Shown piece by piece: positions 1 through 11,211 of a DNA stretch of 64,000 nt; the first letter of the stretch is position 1, and each line of letters begins with the position of its first letter. The DNA lies in contig NC_134028.1 in the NCBI RefSeq assembly GCF_964204645.1, positions 15,445,653-15,509,652 of the forward strand, written 5' to 3'. Source of the stretch: Tubulanus polymorphus (lineage: Eukaryota; Animalia; Nemertea). A program made the position numbers and the translations under genes. The notes under the pieces are model-generated. The model did not search any database, was not told where the DNA came from, and saw nothing but the letters and a program-made list of their open reading frames with translations.

Positions 1-225
1 GAGCGCCAGCGATGGCAAAAGCCGAGCGTCAATTTTAGCGTTGGTGACATTGTTTTAGTGATGGACCACACACTCCCTAGGTGTTGTTGGCCGCTAGGCC
101 GAGTTATTAGCGTACATCCGGGAAAGGACAATAAAGTCAGGGTTGTTACCTTGAAGACAAGGTCGCAAAATTCTCTTGTACGCCCAGTTGATAAACTTGT
201 GCACCTCGAGTGTGTACATAAGTAA
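1..225 (+). CDS. C-terminal end of BEL/Pao LTR-retrotransposon Pol (post-integrase region), partial
   Basis: Frame 1 reads ERQRWQKPSVNFSVGDIVLVMDHTLPRCCWPLGRVISVHPGKDNKVRVVTLKT...VRPVDKLVHLE, with TAA at 223-225. The GDxVL / WPLGRV / PGxDxxVR / RPxxKL motifs are typical of BEL/Pao. Confidence 0.9.
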   Translation, partial: ERQRWQKPSVNFSVGDIVLVMDHTLPRCCWPLGRVISVHPGKDNKVRVVTLKTRSQNSLVRPVDKLVHLECVHK

Positions 226-439
226 CTTTGTAACAATTTGTATTAATTTGTAATTTTAAAGAGCGTAAACAGAATTTCTTAAGATAAGCCTATAGTGGTT
301 TAATGTTAAGCTGGTTATGTGATGTTTTTTGATAATTTTGTAGTTTGTAGTACTAAGGTTTTTTGGTTTTATAAGCATAAGGCTAGTTTTTTAAATTTTT
401 TGTTTTAAGCGCCCTACGTGCCCTTAAGGAGGTGGGTGA

Positions 440-987
440 TGTAGTGTTCAATTGTGTAATTTGTAACAGTTAATTTTGCTCTAGCTAGTGGCGCCCTCAT
501 GCGGTATTTCTTTGTACTAAAAGTTAAGATGGTATCCATGTGATTGCAATTTTAAGACAGTTTTAGTTTTTACGTTTGTTTCTGCCAAATTTATGTTAGA
601 TCAATCCCAAAACGTCTGTAAGTACATAGCAGAATATCTTCTAAATGTGTATTAATATTCAGTAATCAGTAACTATAGTTTAATGTGTTTAAATCAGTCG
701 CGAAAGTTTATTAAATTTAATTATTGAGTACGTGACTTCCGGTAAAGATGGAAGACATTTTTTTTTTTTACTTTCGATATTAATTTCCTATGTTGCAATA
801 TTCTTATAGTGTAATATTGTTTATTTTATTAGAAACCAACAACAACATATGTAAAGAACAACGACAAGATATGTCAAGAACAACACAAGATTAAGTTGAT
901 TCAAGAATAAAAAGTCAAAGAGTTGCGTTTAAACCAAGAAGATTGTTGCGTTAAGTTTATTTGCAAGATTCAAGATTGGCAGTTACA
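440..987 (+). mobile_element. 3' LTR of BEL/Pao element
   Basis: Purine-rich tract aaggaggtgggtga (426-439) is followed directly by TGTAG. AATAAA lies near 906 and the stretch ends GTTACA at 987. Confidence 0.7.
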
Positions 988-1596
988 CGTAATAATAATT
1001 CTTAATGATGTTCCATGATTCACATTGAGTGAGAACACAGATTAAACATATTTCCAAACTACCGGTACACTTAATATGTCTTAAATCATATAAATTTGTA
1101 TTCATTTTATAAATAGTTGAGAAACGTGATGACCGAACAAATGACCAAAGTTTCAGATTGCATTCCATAGATGAATCTAAATATATACTCATTCAAACGT
1201 TGGATCAAGACAAAAGTAAGACTTAATTAAGTGAAACCTTTTTTGAATTCTGCTTTAAAGTTGAAAAAGACTTCATGTTGTATGTTTTAAAGGGGGAGAA
1301 AAATGGTACTGGTATAAAATTGTCACTGAAAAGGAAACATCGTCGTGGTAAGTACATAACATTACAATGAATTTTCTTGGATGTGCTAATCATAAACATA
1401 TTTGATTCAGATAACATCCTCTTACAGCACAATTACCGGTAACAGAACAAACGCAAGAGCCAGTGCCAGTAACCAAATGTTTCAAAGGTATTATCTTATT
1501 ATTTACTATGTATTTATCAGTAAATTATCCATATCATACTCGAAGCATTTCAAAAAATCTTTTATCTGTTTCTTTGGTGTTTTAAATTTTTTTCAG

Positions 1597-2294
1597 GTGA
1601 TTACAGTCTTGCTGAACTGAATTCCGAAATTGAAAGTATCCCTGACATGAAAATAACAATAAAAGATGACAGTCGTGTTTTCGTCTGCGATGAAGTTTTG
1701 GAAAAGATTGACTTCAATTCACTTGAAGGCAACAACTGGCTTAATGATAAGGTACTCGCTTTGGGACTTAGTGTATTGGGATTCAAGTACCGGTAGATTA
1801 TTGATGATTTATATAAGTCTTAGTCCAATCTTTCATTTCAGATTATCAATAGTTATCTCAGTCTGCTTATGGAGGAAAGAAATAAAGAAGATAATCATCA
1901 CATATTGGTGCTTACATCATATCTTGCAGTTTTATGGAATCGTCCAAATATGTGGCTTTATAAGAAGGTATTTTCTAATGAGAAAAAAAAGTTTAATAAA
2001 AGACTGTGGTGAATCGTATAATATATCAACTTGTATGTAATCACAAATGATAAGCTTATTACCATTAATTTTCATCATTGAGTTCACTAGGAATGCTTTA
2101 TAAAATGTATTCGTGATCCTGTATTTCGATGTCACAATTTCAGATTAAGATGTCGGTGTATGATTGGATATTTGTTCCAATAAATGTTCGTGACAGTCAT
2201 TGGGTACTTTTAGCAGCTAATGTTTCTGAAAAACTGTATCTGTTTTGGATCCATTGTCATCAAAGCAGAATTTTACCCTTATAGATAAGTGGAG
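1597..2294 (+). pseudogene. Intron-containing Ulp1/SENP-like (peptidase C48) fragment
   Basis: Exons ~1597-1751, 1842-1967 and 2144-2294 with GT/AG borders join to ...LEGNNWLNDK|IINSYLSLL...|...WIFVPINVRDSHWVLLAAN. There is a frameshift in an A-run near 2230 and no catalytic-Cys exon before the Polinton. Confidence 0.7.
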
Positions 2295-2408
2295 GTATGT
2301 GCATTCATTTGAAATCATTCACCTGTTGGTGCTGTTTGATAGTAGACAATAGAAATTATTGTCACCAAACTATACAAATATATATTCATTTTTTATTTGT
2401 TTATACTA

Positions 2409-5400
2409 GAAAGTTTAGAGGCGCAGCGCATGAGAAATGTAACTTACAAGCTAAGAAAATTAATTTTGTACCAGTTATATTTCATAATCTATCAGGATAT
2501 GACGCACATTTATTTATCAAACAGTTATGTTATAAGATAGAAGAAATCAATAATGAAATAGAAAGATTAAATTCAAATAGATCAAAAGCTAAAATACCAA
2601 CTTATAAATTTAGAATGTTAGCTAAAACATCTGAGAATTATATATCATTCCAATTTGGGTGTTTAAGATTTATAGATTCATATAGATTTTTAAACAGTTC
2701 ATTAGATAACTTATCAAAATCATTAGTTGATGATGAATTAAAAATATTAAAACAACACTACCCAAATAATGATGATTTCCAATTAATGAGATATAAAGGA
2801 GCAATTCCATATTCTTTCTATAAAAATCATAATGATTTTAACATAACTGAATTATTAAAAGAACAATTCTATGATGAATTAAAAAATGAATATGTTAAAG
2901 ATGAAGTATATAATAGAACATTGAATATTTGGAATCATTTCAAAATAGAAAATCATGGGCAATTAGTAGATTTATATTTAAAATCAGATGTATTATTATT
3001 AACTGATATATTCGAAAGGTTTAGAGATGTAAACCTAAAATATTTTAACATTGATCCTTGTCATTGTTATTCTAGCCCAGGTTTAACATGGGATTGTGGA
3101 TTAAAATTTACAGATATAAAAATGGATTTGTTAACAAATATAGATCAATTATTATTATTTGAAAAATCTATAAGAGGAGGAGTTTCAGGTGTATTAGGTG
3201 ATAGATATTTCAATGTAAATGATAACCCCGGATATAAGTTATTATATATAGATGCAAATAATTTGTATGGTTGGGCAATGATGGAACCACAACCTTATGG
3301 AGTATTTGAATTAACTGAAGTTTTACAGAATGAAAATAATGATAAATTTGATTGGAAGAAAAGAATCCTAGATATTGCAGATGATTCAGATACTGGTTAC
3401 TTCTTTGTTGTAGATTTAGAATATCCTGAAGATAAAAAATTTAAATCTAGAAATCTAGCTTACTGTCCCGAACATAAAACTGTAACTCATGAAGAATTAT
3501 CAAATTATCAAAAAAGAACTAAACCCGAAAATCATATTCATACAGAAAAGTTAATGGTAACTCAAGAAGATAAATATAATTATGTAGTACATTATAGAAT
3601 GTTAAAGTTTTATTTGAATCAAGGAATGATTCTAAAAAAAGTACATAGATATATTTCATTTAGTCAATCTAAGTGGTTAGAAAAATATATAGATTTTAAC
3701 ACCAAACAGAGAACTGAAGCTAAAACTGATTTCGAGAAAGATTTCTTCAAGTTAATGAAAAATGCATTCTATGGTAAGACTTGTGAAAATATTAGAAATA
3801 GAAATGATATTGAGTTAGTTAGTAATGGCAAAAGGATAAGGCATTTACAATCATATCCTAAGTTTTTAGGTAACAGAATATTTGATGAAAATTTAGCTGC
3901 AGTTAAGATGAGAAGAACATCAATGAAATTTAATAAAACAATCTATGTTGGCGCTTCAGTTTTAGAATTATCAAAATTACTAATGTATGAATTTTATTAT
4001 AACATATTACAACCACTTTTTGGAGAAAAACATATAGAAATACTATATTTTGATTCTGTAACAGCTGACCCCCTAATATTTTTAAAATATAATAATCACA
4101 TGTTAATTAGAAGAATTTCAGAAATAATTCAAAAACAAAATGAATGTTATATTTCGTATGGTGAAAAAGAATTAATACAAATAAATGGATTAATGGATGT
4201 TTGGACAAAAAATGGATTGGTGAAATTAAAGAATATAATTAGACATAAAACGAATAAGAAAATCTATAGAGTTAGAACTAAATTAGGATTTGTTGATGTT
4301 ACTGAAGATCATAGTTTAATTAAACAAAATGGTGATGAAATAAAACCAACTGATATAAAAATTGGAGATGAATTATTACATAAAAGATTTTACCCAAGAA
4401 TGAATCATATGTCATTTGATAAAATAATTGATAATATTTATAATATAGAACCCGAAACATTGGAAGAAAAAGAATATTTTATCAAAGGATTTTTTATGGG
4501 TGATGGTTCAGCAGGTGTGTATAAATATGTTAGTGGAACTAAATATTGTTGGTATTTATGCAATCAAGATTTGAAATTATTAGAAAGAATTAAAAAATAC
4601 TGTGAACAAGTTTATTCACATAAAACATTTAGAATCGGGGATTATATGAAATCATCACAATGTTATAGAATACATGTGAATAATACTAAAGATTTTGCAA
4701 TTAAATATAATGATGAATTCTATATTCATGCAATAGTGAAAAGTAATACTTCAACTAAAGAAAAGATAGTTCCAGATTATGTAATAAATGCAAAAGATAA
4801 TTTAAGAAAATGGTTCTTCATTGGATTTTATACTGCAGATGGTTCAAAAAACTATACAAAACAAAAACTATATCTTTGACACAAAAAGGAAAAGTTGCTG
4901 TATCAGGATTAAATATATTATGCAATTCATTAGGATTTAATATGTTAGTTAATATAAGAAAGGATACACCAAATGTATTTCAATTAACGCATGTAGAAAA
5001 TGTACTAACTGAAGAAGCCAGAGATTTATTTGAAATATCCAATCATACAGAATATGTTTATGATTTAACAACTGAAGATGGTACATTTAATTGTGGATTT
5101 CCATTAATCATAAAAATACAGATTCTTACATATTAAAGATAAAAACTGATAACATAACAGATTATTTAAAAACATTAAAACATCATTTTGATTTTAGTAA
5201 CTATCCTAAAGATCATGAATTGTTTAGCAATGATAATAAAAAAGTTCCAGGGAAGTTTAAGGATGAATTAGGTGGTGAAGAAATGATAGAGTTCATAGGT
5301 ATTAGATCTAAAATGTATTCATATAAAACTAAAGAACATGAAGCTAAAAAGTTAAAAGGAATAACCAAAAGTGTAGTAGAAAAGAATATTCATTTCAAAG

Positions 5401-5648
5401 ATTACATCAATTGTATATTCAAAGAAGAAGTTAGAAAACATAAGATGAGATGTTTAAGATCTGAAGATCATGAAATGTTTATTGAAGAAATTGAAAAGAT
5501 AAGTTTGAATCCATTTGATGATAAAACATATATTCTGGATAATGGAATTCATACAGTTGCTTATGGTTTCAATTTAGATGAATACTTAAAATTTAAAAGA
5601 GAAGAAACAAAAGAGAACGAGATAATGAAAAGAATTCTAACGTGTTAA
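2409..5648 (+). CDS. polB: Protein-primed family B DNA polymerase, 5' truncated, intein-containing, two frameshifts
   Basis: Motifs FHNLSGYDAH, FIDS, YLKSDVLLL, YIDANNLYG, KLMKNAFYGK, YFD|TDS, GKFKDE, RSKMY and KLKGI. Confidence 0.95.
4055..5117 (+). mobile_element. Intein with LAGLIDADG homing endonuclease at the PolB YxD|TDS site
   Basis: Starts SVTADP after YFD. Contains block B VTEDHSL, LAGLIDADG motifs GFFMGDGS and GFYTADGS, and block F YVYDLTTEDGTF. Ends KN followed by TDS. It is 355 codons if single A's are restored near 4866 and 5113. Confidence 0.93.
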
Positions 5649-5677
5649 TCAAATTTTAATGAAAATATGTATAATAA

Positions 5678-6028
5678 ATGGAGAGTAAACAAACACACAG
5701 TGAGAACAACAAATTATTTCTAGATAGAATTAAAAATATAACAAATGTAAAATCTGTAGATTATAAATTCAAAAAATTAACAGAATTAACAATTCATAAG
5801 AAATATCTAATTACAAATATTGATACAGTTACTAATAACTATGGAGATAAATTAGTTATACACTTAAAATAAGGATTAAAAGGAAATACACATAAATTCA
5901 GAACATATTTACCAGATAGATTTCATAGATTATCAAGCGAAGACTTAGAAGAATTATGTTCTGGAGATTTCTATTTCGTATACAAAGGTAAGAATGAAAA
6001 AGGGCACCATGAAATAGATTTCGAATAA
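5678..6028 (+). pseudogene. Small Polinton protein, possible OB-fold ssDNA-binding protein (frameshifted)
   Basis: Paralogous to B 24233-24586; ~117 aa when repaired. Function is inferred from its pattern and its position after PolB. Confidence 0.5.
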
Positions 6029-6045
6029 GAAAATATGTAAAATAA

Positions 6046-6803
6046 ATGGTAGAATTAAAAGAATACAGATTATTTGTTGATTCAAGAAAACTTACAAATT
6101 ATAAATCTCATAATTTACTAGTACAATTAGATAGAGAATTTAAGAATTCTGTAGATTTAAAATTAGTTAATATAAGTTTATGTAATTCTTTTTACAATAT
6201 ATCGGATAAAACTATTGAAGATAATACTGTTTTAATTCATATTAGAAATATGGATAAATGGTATCATCTATTTCTAAGACCAGGATTATATAATTTAGAT
6301 ACATTAGCGCAGGAAATTAATAGAAGAGCTCGGTTGAAAATGGGTGCATCTGCTGGATTTGGATTAAAACTGATTAAAAGTGATAGCTCCGATAAAATAA
6401 GAATAAAATTAGGTAATGAAGATCAACATGCATTTATGGTAAAAAACCTATAGCTAAATTGCTAGGAATTGCACCAGATATTGTTACAGGAAACATAGAT
6501 GGTAATTCAAACTTAATACCTTACACGCACTTTTATATTTATTGCAATTTAATTGATCCTACAAAAACTTTCGAAGCAATTAAAGAAACAATTTGTAGTT
6601 CTAGTATACTAAATATTTTACCACTAAAAAATGTTAAACAATTTGGAACTCAAATAAATTATAATTTAACAGAATGTGATTTTAAACCTTGCATTCCACA
6701 TTTCAATAATTTCAAATTAGAAATAAGAAATCATAATGGTTATTTAATTGATTTGAATAACTTTCCTGTGATATATGAATTAGTTATAAGATGTAGAGAG
6801 TAA
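6046..6803 (+). CDS. Minor capsid protein (penton, single jelly-roll), internal stop at 6451-6453
   Basis: LFVDSR...ISLCNSFYNIS...FYIYCNLID...LEIRNHNGYLIDLNNFPVIYELVI matches the Polinton minor capsid pattern. Confidence 0.75.
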
Positions 6804-6819
6804 TTTTTTCACTATATAA

Positions 6820-7176
6820 ATGAATATAACTGTTGGACCGAGTATATGTTTTGGGTTTGATTTTAAACGTGAGAAAGAAATAAAATTTAACATTACTGAT
6901 GTAATTACACATATCAAAAATATTACATTTTCTAATGAAACAACATTTGAGTATGAAACAACAATAGATAAAGAAACTTTTAATGTAGAAAAGATTACTA
7001 ATTTAATTAGAGAATCTTTAAGATTTTATGAATTAGATGAAGATTTTATCATCGATGATATTAAAAAAATAATAATTGAAATATATACAAATGAAACTAG
7101 TAATGAAATAAATGTTGAATTAATCATCACTAAGATAACTAAATATTTTGAAGATAGTAATTTTTTTGATAAATAA
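6820..7176 (+). CDS. Hypothetical acidic protein (118 aa)
   Basis: Intact ORF with paralogs at 8396-8752 and 25194-25535. Confidence 0.8.
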   Translation: MNITVGPSICFGFDFKREKEIKFNITDVITHIKNITFSNETTFEYETTIDKETFNVEKITNLIRESLRFYELDEDFIIDDIKKIIIEIYTNETSNEINVELIITKITKYFEDSNFFDK

Positions 7177-7398
7177 ATGAGTGATAATAAGTGGATAATA
7201 ACTGGATTATATAATGGCGCATTACTATCAGTTGGAACTGTTGGTTATTCAATGGTATTAAAAAAAGTATTCAAAATGGGAAGTGTTAATGTTGATAGAT
7301 TTGATATAAATGATATCTTAAAATTAACATTAGCAGTTACTCTATCTAATTTAACTATTGATTATTTAGAAAAACAAAAATATATACCTCCCATATAA
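7177..7398 (+). CDS. Small hydrophobic protein (73 aa)
   Basis: Identical protein at 8753-8974 and 25536-25757. Confidence 0.85.
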   Translation: MSDNKWIITGLYNGALLSVGTVGYSMVLKKVFKMGSVNVDRFDINDILKLTLAVTLSNLTIDYLEKQKYIPPI

Positions 7399-7422
7399 AT
7401 GCATAATTATTTTGCTAAATAA

Positions 7423-7845
7423 ATGGCTTCTGCAATTATAACTATTATAGGATCGGCAATTGTTAACGCTTTAGCATTTACTGGTGGTGGATATTTATTT
7501 AAGCATATTGATAAAAATGGTTCATTAACAGAACAAAAAAGACATAACTTAGCATTAGAGAAATACAATAAAGCAGCAGAAGAATACAGAGAAAAACGAC
7601 AAAACTATATGGATTACATCAATAAAGAATTATATGATCAGAAGATTTCACATAGAGATTTTCAATCAGTTGATGATGCAATGAGTTTATATAACGCGGT
7701 AACCAATAAAGAAAAATTACATCTATACAAACCTAAATTATCAGATTATTATACCCCAAGTAAAGAACAACAGAAATATGAAATAATTTGGATTTTAGGT
7801 GGAACTGTTATTGTTATATTTGTAGCATATAAATTTACTAATTAG
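7423..7845 (+). CDS. Membrane-associated protein with EQKRHNLALE motif (140 aa)
   Basis: Hydrophobic N-terminus and C-terminal TM segment. Paralogs at 8999 and 25782. Confidence 0.8.
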   Translation: MASAIITIIGSAIVNALAFTGGGYLFKHIDKNGSLTEQKRHNLALEKYNKAAEEYREKRQNYMDYINKELYDQKISHRDFQSVDDAMSLYNAVTNKEKLHLYKPKLSDYYTPSKEQQKYEIIWILGGTVIVIFVAYKFTN

Positions 7846-7864
7846 TAATTTTTTTTCTAAATAA

Positions 7865-8299
7865 ATGGAAGATAAAGTTGATAATATTGATATTATTCCT
7901 CATGATATAAATAAAACTAAATTAAAAACATATTTAGAAAAACAAATATTAGAATTTGAAAGTGACTTAAAGATAAAAAAGAAAAAATATTTAAAACGTA
8001 AAATTATATATTATTTGATTATAAGTGGTTCGGTTACAATTAGTTCTGTAATTACATTTCTAGCAATATTCAGTCCATTAACACCTTTAGCTATATCAAT
8101 TGGTGTATTAGGATTAAGTTCAAGTGTTTTAACTGGTATAAGTTCAAAATTAAATATAAAAAGTAATAAAGAAAAAATTAAAACTAATATAAAAGAAATT
8201 AATAAATTAAAGAATACACTAGATTATATAATAAGTTTAAATGGCCATATAACAGTTAAAGAACAAGATAAATTATTAAAAGAATTAGTTAATTATTAA
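7865..8299 (+). CDS. Two-TM coiled-coil protein (144 aa)
   Basis: Central hydrophobic hairpin. Paralogs at 9433 and 26225. Confidence 0.8.
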   Translation: MEDKVDNIDIIPHDINKTKLKTYLEKQILEFESDLKIKKKKYLKRKIIYYLIISGSVTISSVITFLAIFSPLTPLAISIGVLGLSSSVLTGISSKLNIKSNKEKIKTNIKEINKLKNTLDYIISLNGHITVKEQDKLLKELVNY

Positions 8300-8395
8300 T
8301 TTTTTTATTATATAAATGGGGTTTCCAAAAGCTTTCCAATATAATAAATCAATAAGATGTTATAAGATGTAGAGAGTAATTTTTTCACTATATAA

Positions 8396-8752
8396 ATGAA
8401 TATAACTGTTGGACCGAGTATATGTTTTGGGTTTGATTTTAAACGTGAGAAAGAAATAAAATTTAACATTACTGATGTAATTACACATATCAAAAATATT
8501 ACATTTTCTAATGAAACAACATTTGAGTATGAAACAACAATAGATAAAGAAACTTTAAATGTAGAAAAGATTACTAATTTAATTAGAGAATCTTTAAGAT
8601 TTTATGAATTAGATGAAGATTTTATCATCGATGATATTAAAAAAATAATAATTGAAATATATACAAATGAAACTAGTAATGAAATAAATGTTGAATTAAT
8701 CATCACTAAGATAACTAAATATTTTGAAGATAGTAATTTTTTTGATAAATAA
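8396..8752 (+). CDS. Duplicate 118-aa protein
   Basis: Near-identical to 6820-7176. Confidence 0.8.
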   Translation: MNITVGPSICFGFDFKREKEIKFNITDVITHIKNITFSNETTFEYETTIDKETLNVEKITNLIRESLRFYELDEDFIIDDIKKIIIEIYTNETSNEINVELIITKITKYFEDSNFFDK

Positions 8753-8974
8753 ATGAGTGATAATAAGTGGATAATAACTGGATTATATAATGGCGCATTA
8801 CTATCAGTTGGAACTGTTGGTTATTCAATGGTATTAAAAAAAGTATTCAAAATGGGAAGTGTTAATGTTGATAGATTTGATATAAATGATATCTTAAAAT
8901 TAACATTAGCAGTTACTTTATCTAATTTAACTATTGATTATTTAGAAAAACAAAAATATATACCTCCCATATAA
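8753..8974 (+). CDS. Duplicate 73-aa hydrophobic protein
   Basis: Identical to 7177-7398. Confidence 0.85.
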   Translation: MSDNKWIITGLYNGALLSVGTVGYSMVLKKVFKMGSVNVDRFDINDILKLTLAVTLSNLTIDYLEKQKYIPPI

Positions 8975-8998
8975 ATGCATAATTTTTTTGCTAAATAA

Positions 8999-9413
8999 AT
9001 GGCTTCTGCACTTATAACTATTATAGGATCGGCAATTGTTAACGCTTTAGCATTTACTGGTGGTGGATATTTATTTAAGCATATTGATAAAAATGGTTCA
9101 TTAACAGAACAAAAAAGACATAACTTAGCATTAGAGAAATACAATAAAGCAGCAGAAGAATACAGAGAAAAACTATATGGATTACATCAATAAAGAATTA
9201 TATGATCAGAAGATTTCACATAGAGATTTTCAATCAGTTGATGATGCAATGAGTTTATATAACGCGGTAACCAATAAAGAAAAATTACATCTATACAAAC
9301 CTAAATTATCAGATTATTATACCCCAATTAAAGAACAACAGAAATATGAAATAATTTGGATTTTAGGTGGAACTGTTATTGTTATATTTGTAGCATATAA
9401 ATTTACTAATTAG
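8999..9413 (+). pseudogene. Duplicate 140-aa protein with an 8-bp deletion
   Basis: gaaaaacgacaaaactat is shortened to gaaaaactat near 9170. Confidence 0.8.
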
Positions 9414-9432
9414 TAATTTTTTTTCTAAATAA

Positions 9433-9867
9433 ATGGAAGATAAAGTTGATAATATTGATATTATTCCTCATGATATAAATAAAACTAAATTAAAAACATA
9501 TTTAGAAAAACAAATATTAGAATTTGAAAGTGACTTAAAGATAAAAAAGAAAAAATATTTAAAAAGTAAAATTATATGTTATTTGATTATAAGTGGTTCG
9601 GTTACAATTAGTTCTGTAATTACATTTCTAGCAATATTCAGTCCATTAACACCTTTAGCTATATCAATTGGTGTATTAGGATTAAGTTCAAGTGTTTTAA
9701 CTGGTATAAGTTCAAAATTGAATATAAAAAGTAATAAAGAAAAAATTAAAACTAATATAAAAGAAATTAATAAATTAAAGAATACACTAGATTATATAAT
9801 AAGTTTAAATGACCATATAACAGTTGAAGAACAAGATAAATTATTAACAGAATTAGTTAATTATTAA
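9433..9867 (+). CDS. Duplicate 144-aa two-TM protein
   Basis: Near-identical to 7865-8299. Confidence 0.8.
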   Translation: MEDKVDNIDIIPHDINKTKLKTYLEKQILEFESDLKIKKKKYLKSKIICYLIISGSVTISSVITFLAIFSPLTPLAISIGVLGLSSSVLTGISSKLNIKSNKEKIKTNIKEINKLKNTLDYIISLNDHITVEEQDKLLTELVNY

Positions 9868-9883
9868 TTTTTTTATTATATAA

Positions 9884-11196
9884 ATGGGGTTTCCAAAAGC
9901 TTTCCAATATAATAAATCAATTAAATATAATATTTCTGCAATAGATTTTAATAAAGATATTACATATAGAAATGAAGTTTTAAATTCATTAATTGATTTA
10001 TATATTTATGTTACTGAAAGTAATAATTTTCATGTAAAGATGGAAAATATATTTCATGTGTATACAATTAATTTCAAAACTTTAAATGAGGCAAAACAAT
10101 GGTTATTAAAATCTAATATGAAGTATTGGCAGAACCAATTAAATTTTGCTGGTTATTGTGCAACAACAGGGTGTGGAATAAGTTGGCATGATCATTTAAA
10201 AAAACCAAGTTTACCATTGATGTTGTCACTTTTTAGATTTCATACTTATTTTCAAATAAAATTAATATTAGATGAATTAGAATGTTCTTTACCAGGTTCA
10301 AAATATTTTAAAGAATTGAATAATAATATTAATTTTTCTAAGTTTTATAAAATATGTAATGAATTTAATATTAATTCAAATGAAGATTTTAGAGCAAAAA
10401 TTGAAACAATGGGTGGATTAGGAATATTATATACTAAAGAATTTGGAAAAATAATGACAAATACAGATTTAGGAACACTAAATTGGAATGAATTACCAAA
10501 ATATTATAATAATATTCAACAACAAAACAATAATGGTTGGGTTAATTTCATTTTAGAAAATAGTGAAGGTTTTACTAAAGCCGGGATACAAAGAATAAAT
10601 CAATCAATTAGAACTTATTTGATATGTATTTTAGGTGTGCAAGTTGAAACAAGATCCCCAATAGTTGGAAATGATAACACTTCATTCGATGCGCAGAAAC
10701 AATTTAAAGGATTATTTGAAGATTCAATTCATAATGATAAAAATAGATCGATTCCAGAAAACATTGTAAGATATCAAAATTATTTAGATAAATCTCATGT
10801 AAGACTAAATTATTGTATAGGCCCTAATCTATTAATTATTTCTAATGATTTAGTATTAAAGATGGGAAATATAATTGGTTACATCTAATTAAAACTGCAA
10901 CAATAAATAGTTCATTTGGATTAAATGATATAAATAAAAAGATTATTACTGCTCCAAAGTTAATGGAAGGTGAACAAAATAAAAAACATATTCAATCAAC
11001 AGAAACTAAAACTAAGAATATTAAATTAAATAATGATTCTAAACCGGATTATAATACATCAGAAAATATTAAAACTGATAATATTCAACATGAAATAATT
11101 AAAACTGATAATGATAATAAATCCCATGAAAATACTAAATTAGCTTTAACTTGTATAGGAATTGTAATCGGAGGAATATTATATTTTAAATTTTAA
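9884..11196 (+). pseudogene. ~440-aa Polinton protein of unknown function with C-terminal TM (frameshifted)
   Basis: The 334 and 77 aa ORFs join by comparison with B 26676-27999. Confidence 0.75.
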
Positions 11197-11211
11197 TTTT
11201 TTATTATATAA

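Larger units (their letters stand above)
6783..9921 (+). repeat. ~1.57-kb tandem duplication of a four-gene block (6783-8352 / 8359-9921)
   Basis: The 118, 73, 140 and 144 aa ORFs each appear twice, nearly identical. Copy B has the block once. Confidence 0.95.

Noticed and set aside
2297-2408. N-terminal ~38 aa of the 860-aa ORF as a real PolB start
   Set aside because: It is intron-like flanking sequence; homology to copy B starts only at ~2409.
4860-5117. Programmed frameshifting in the intein and other genes
   Set aside because: The shifts fall in A-runs at different places in different copies, which fits decay or sequencing error. True nonsense codons also occur.
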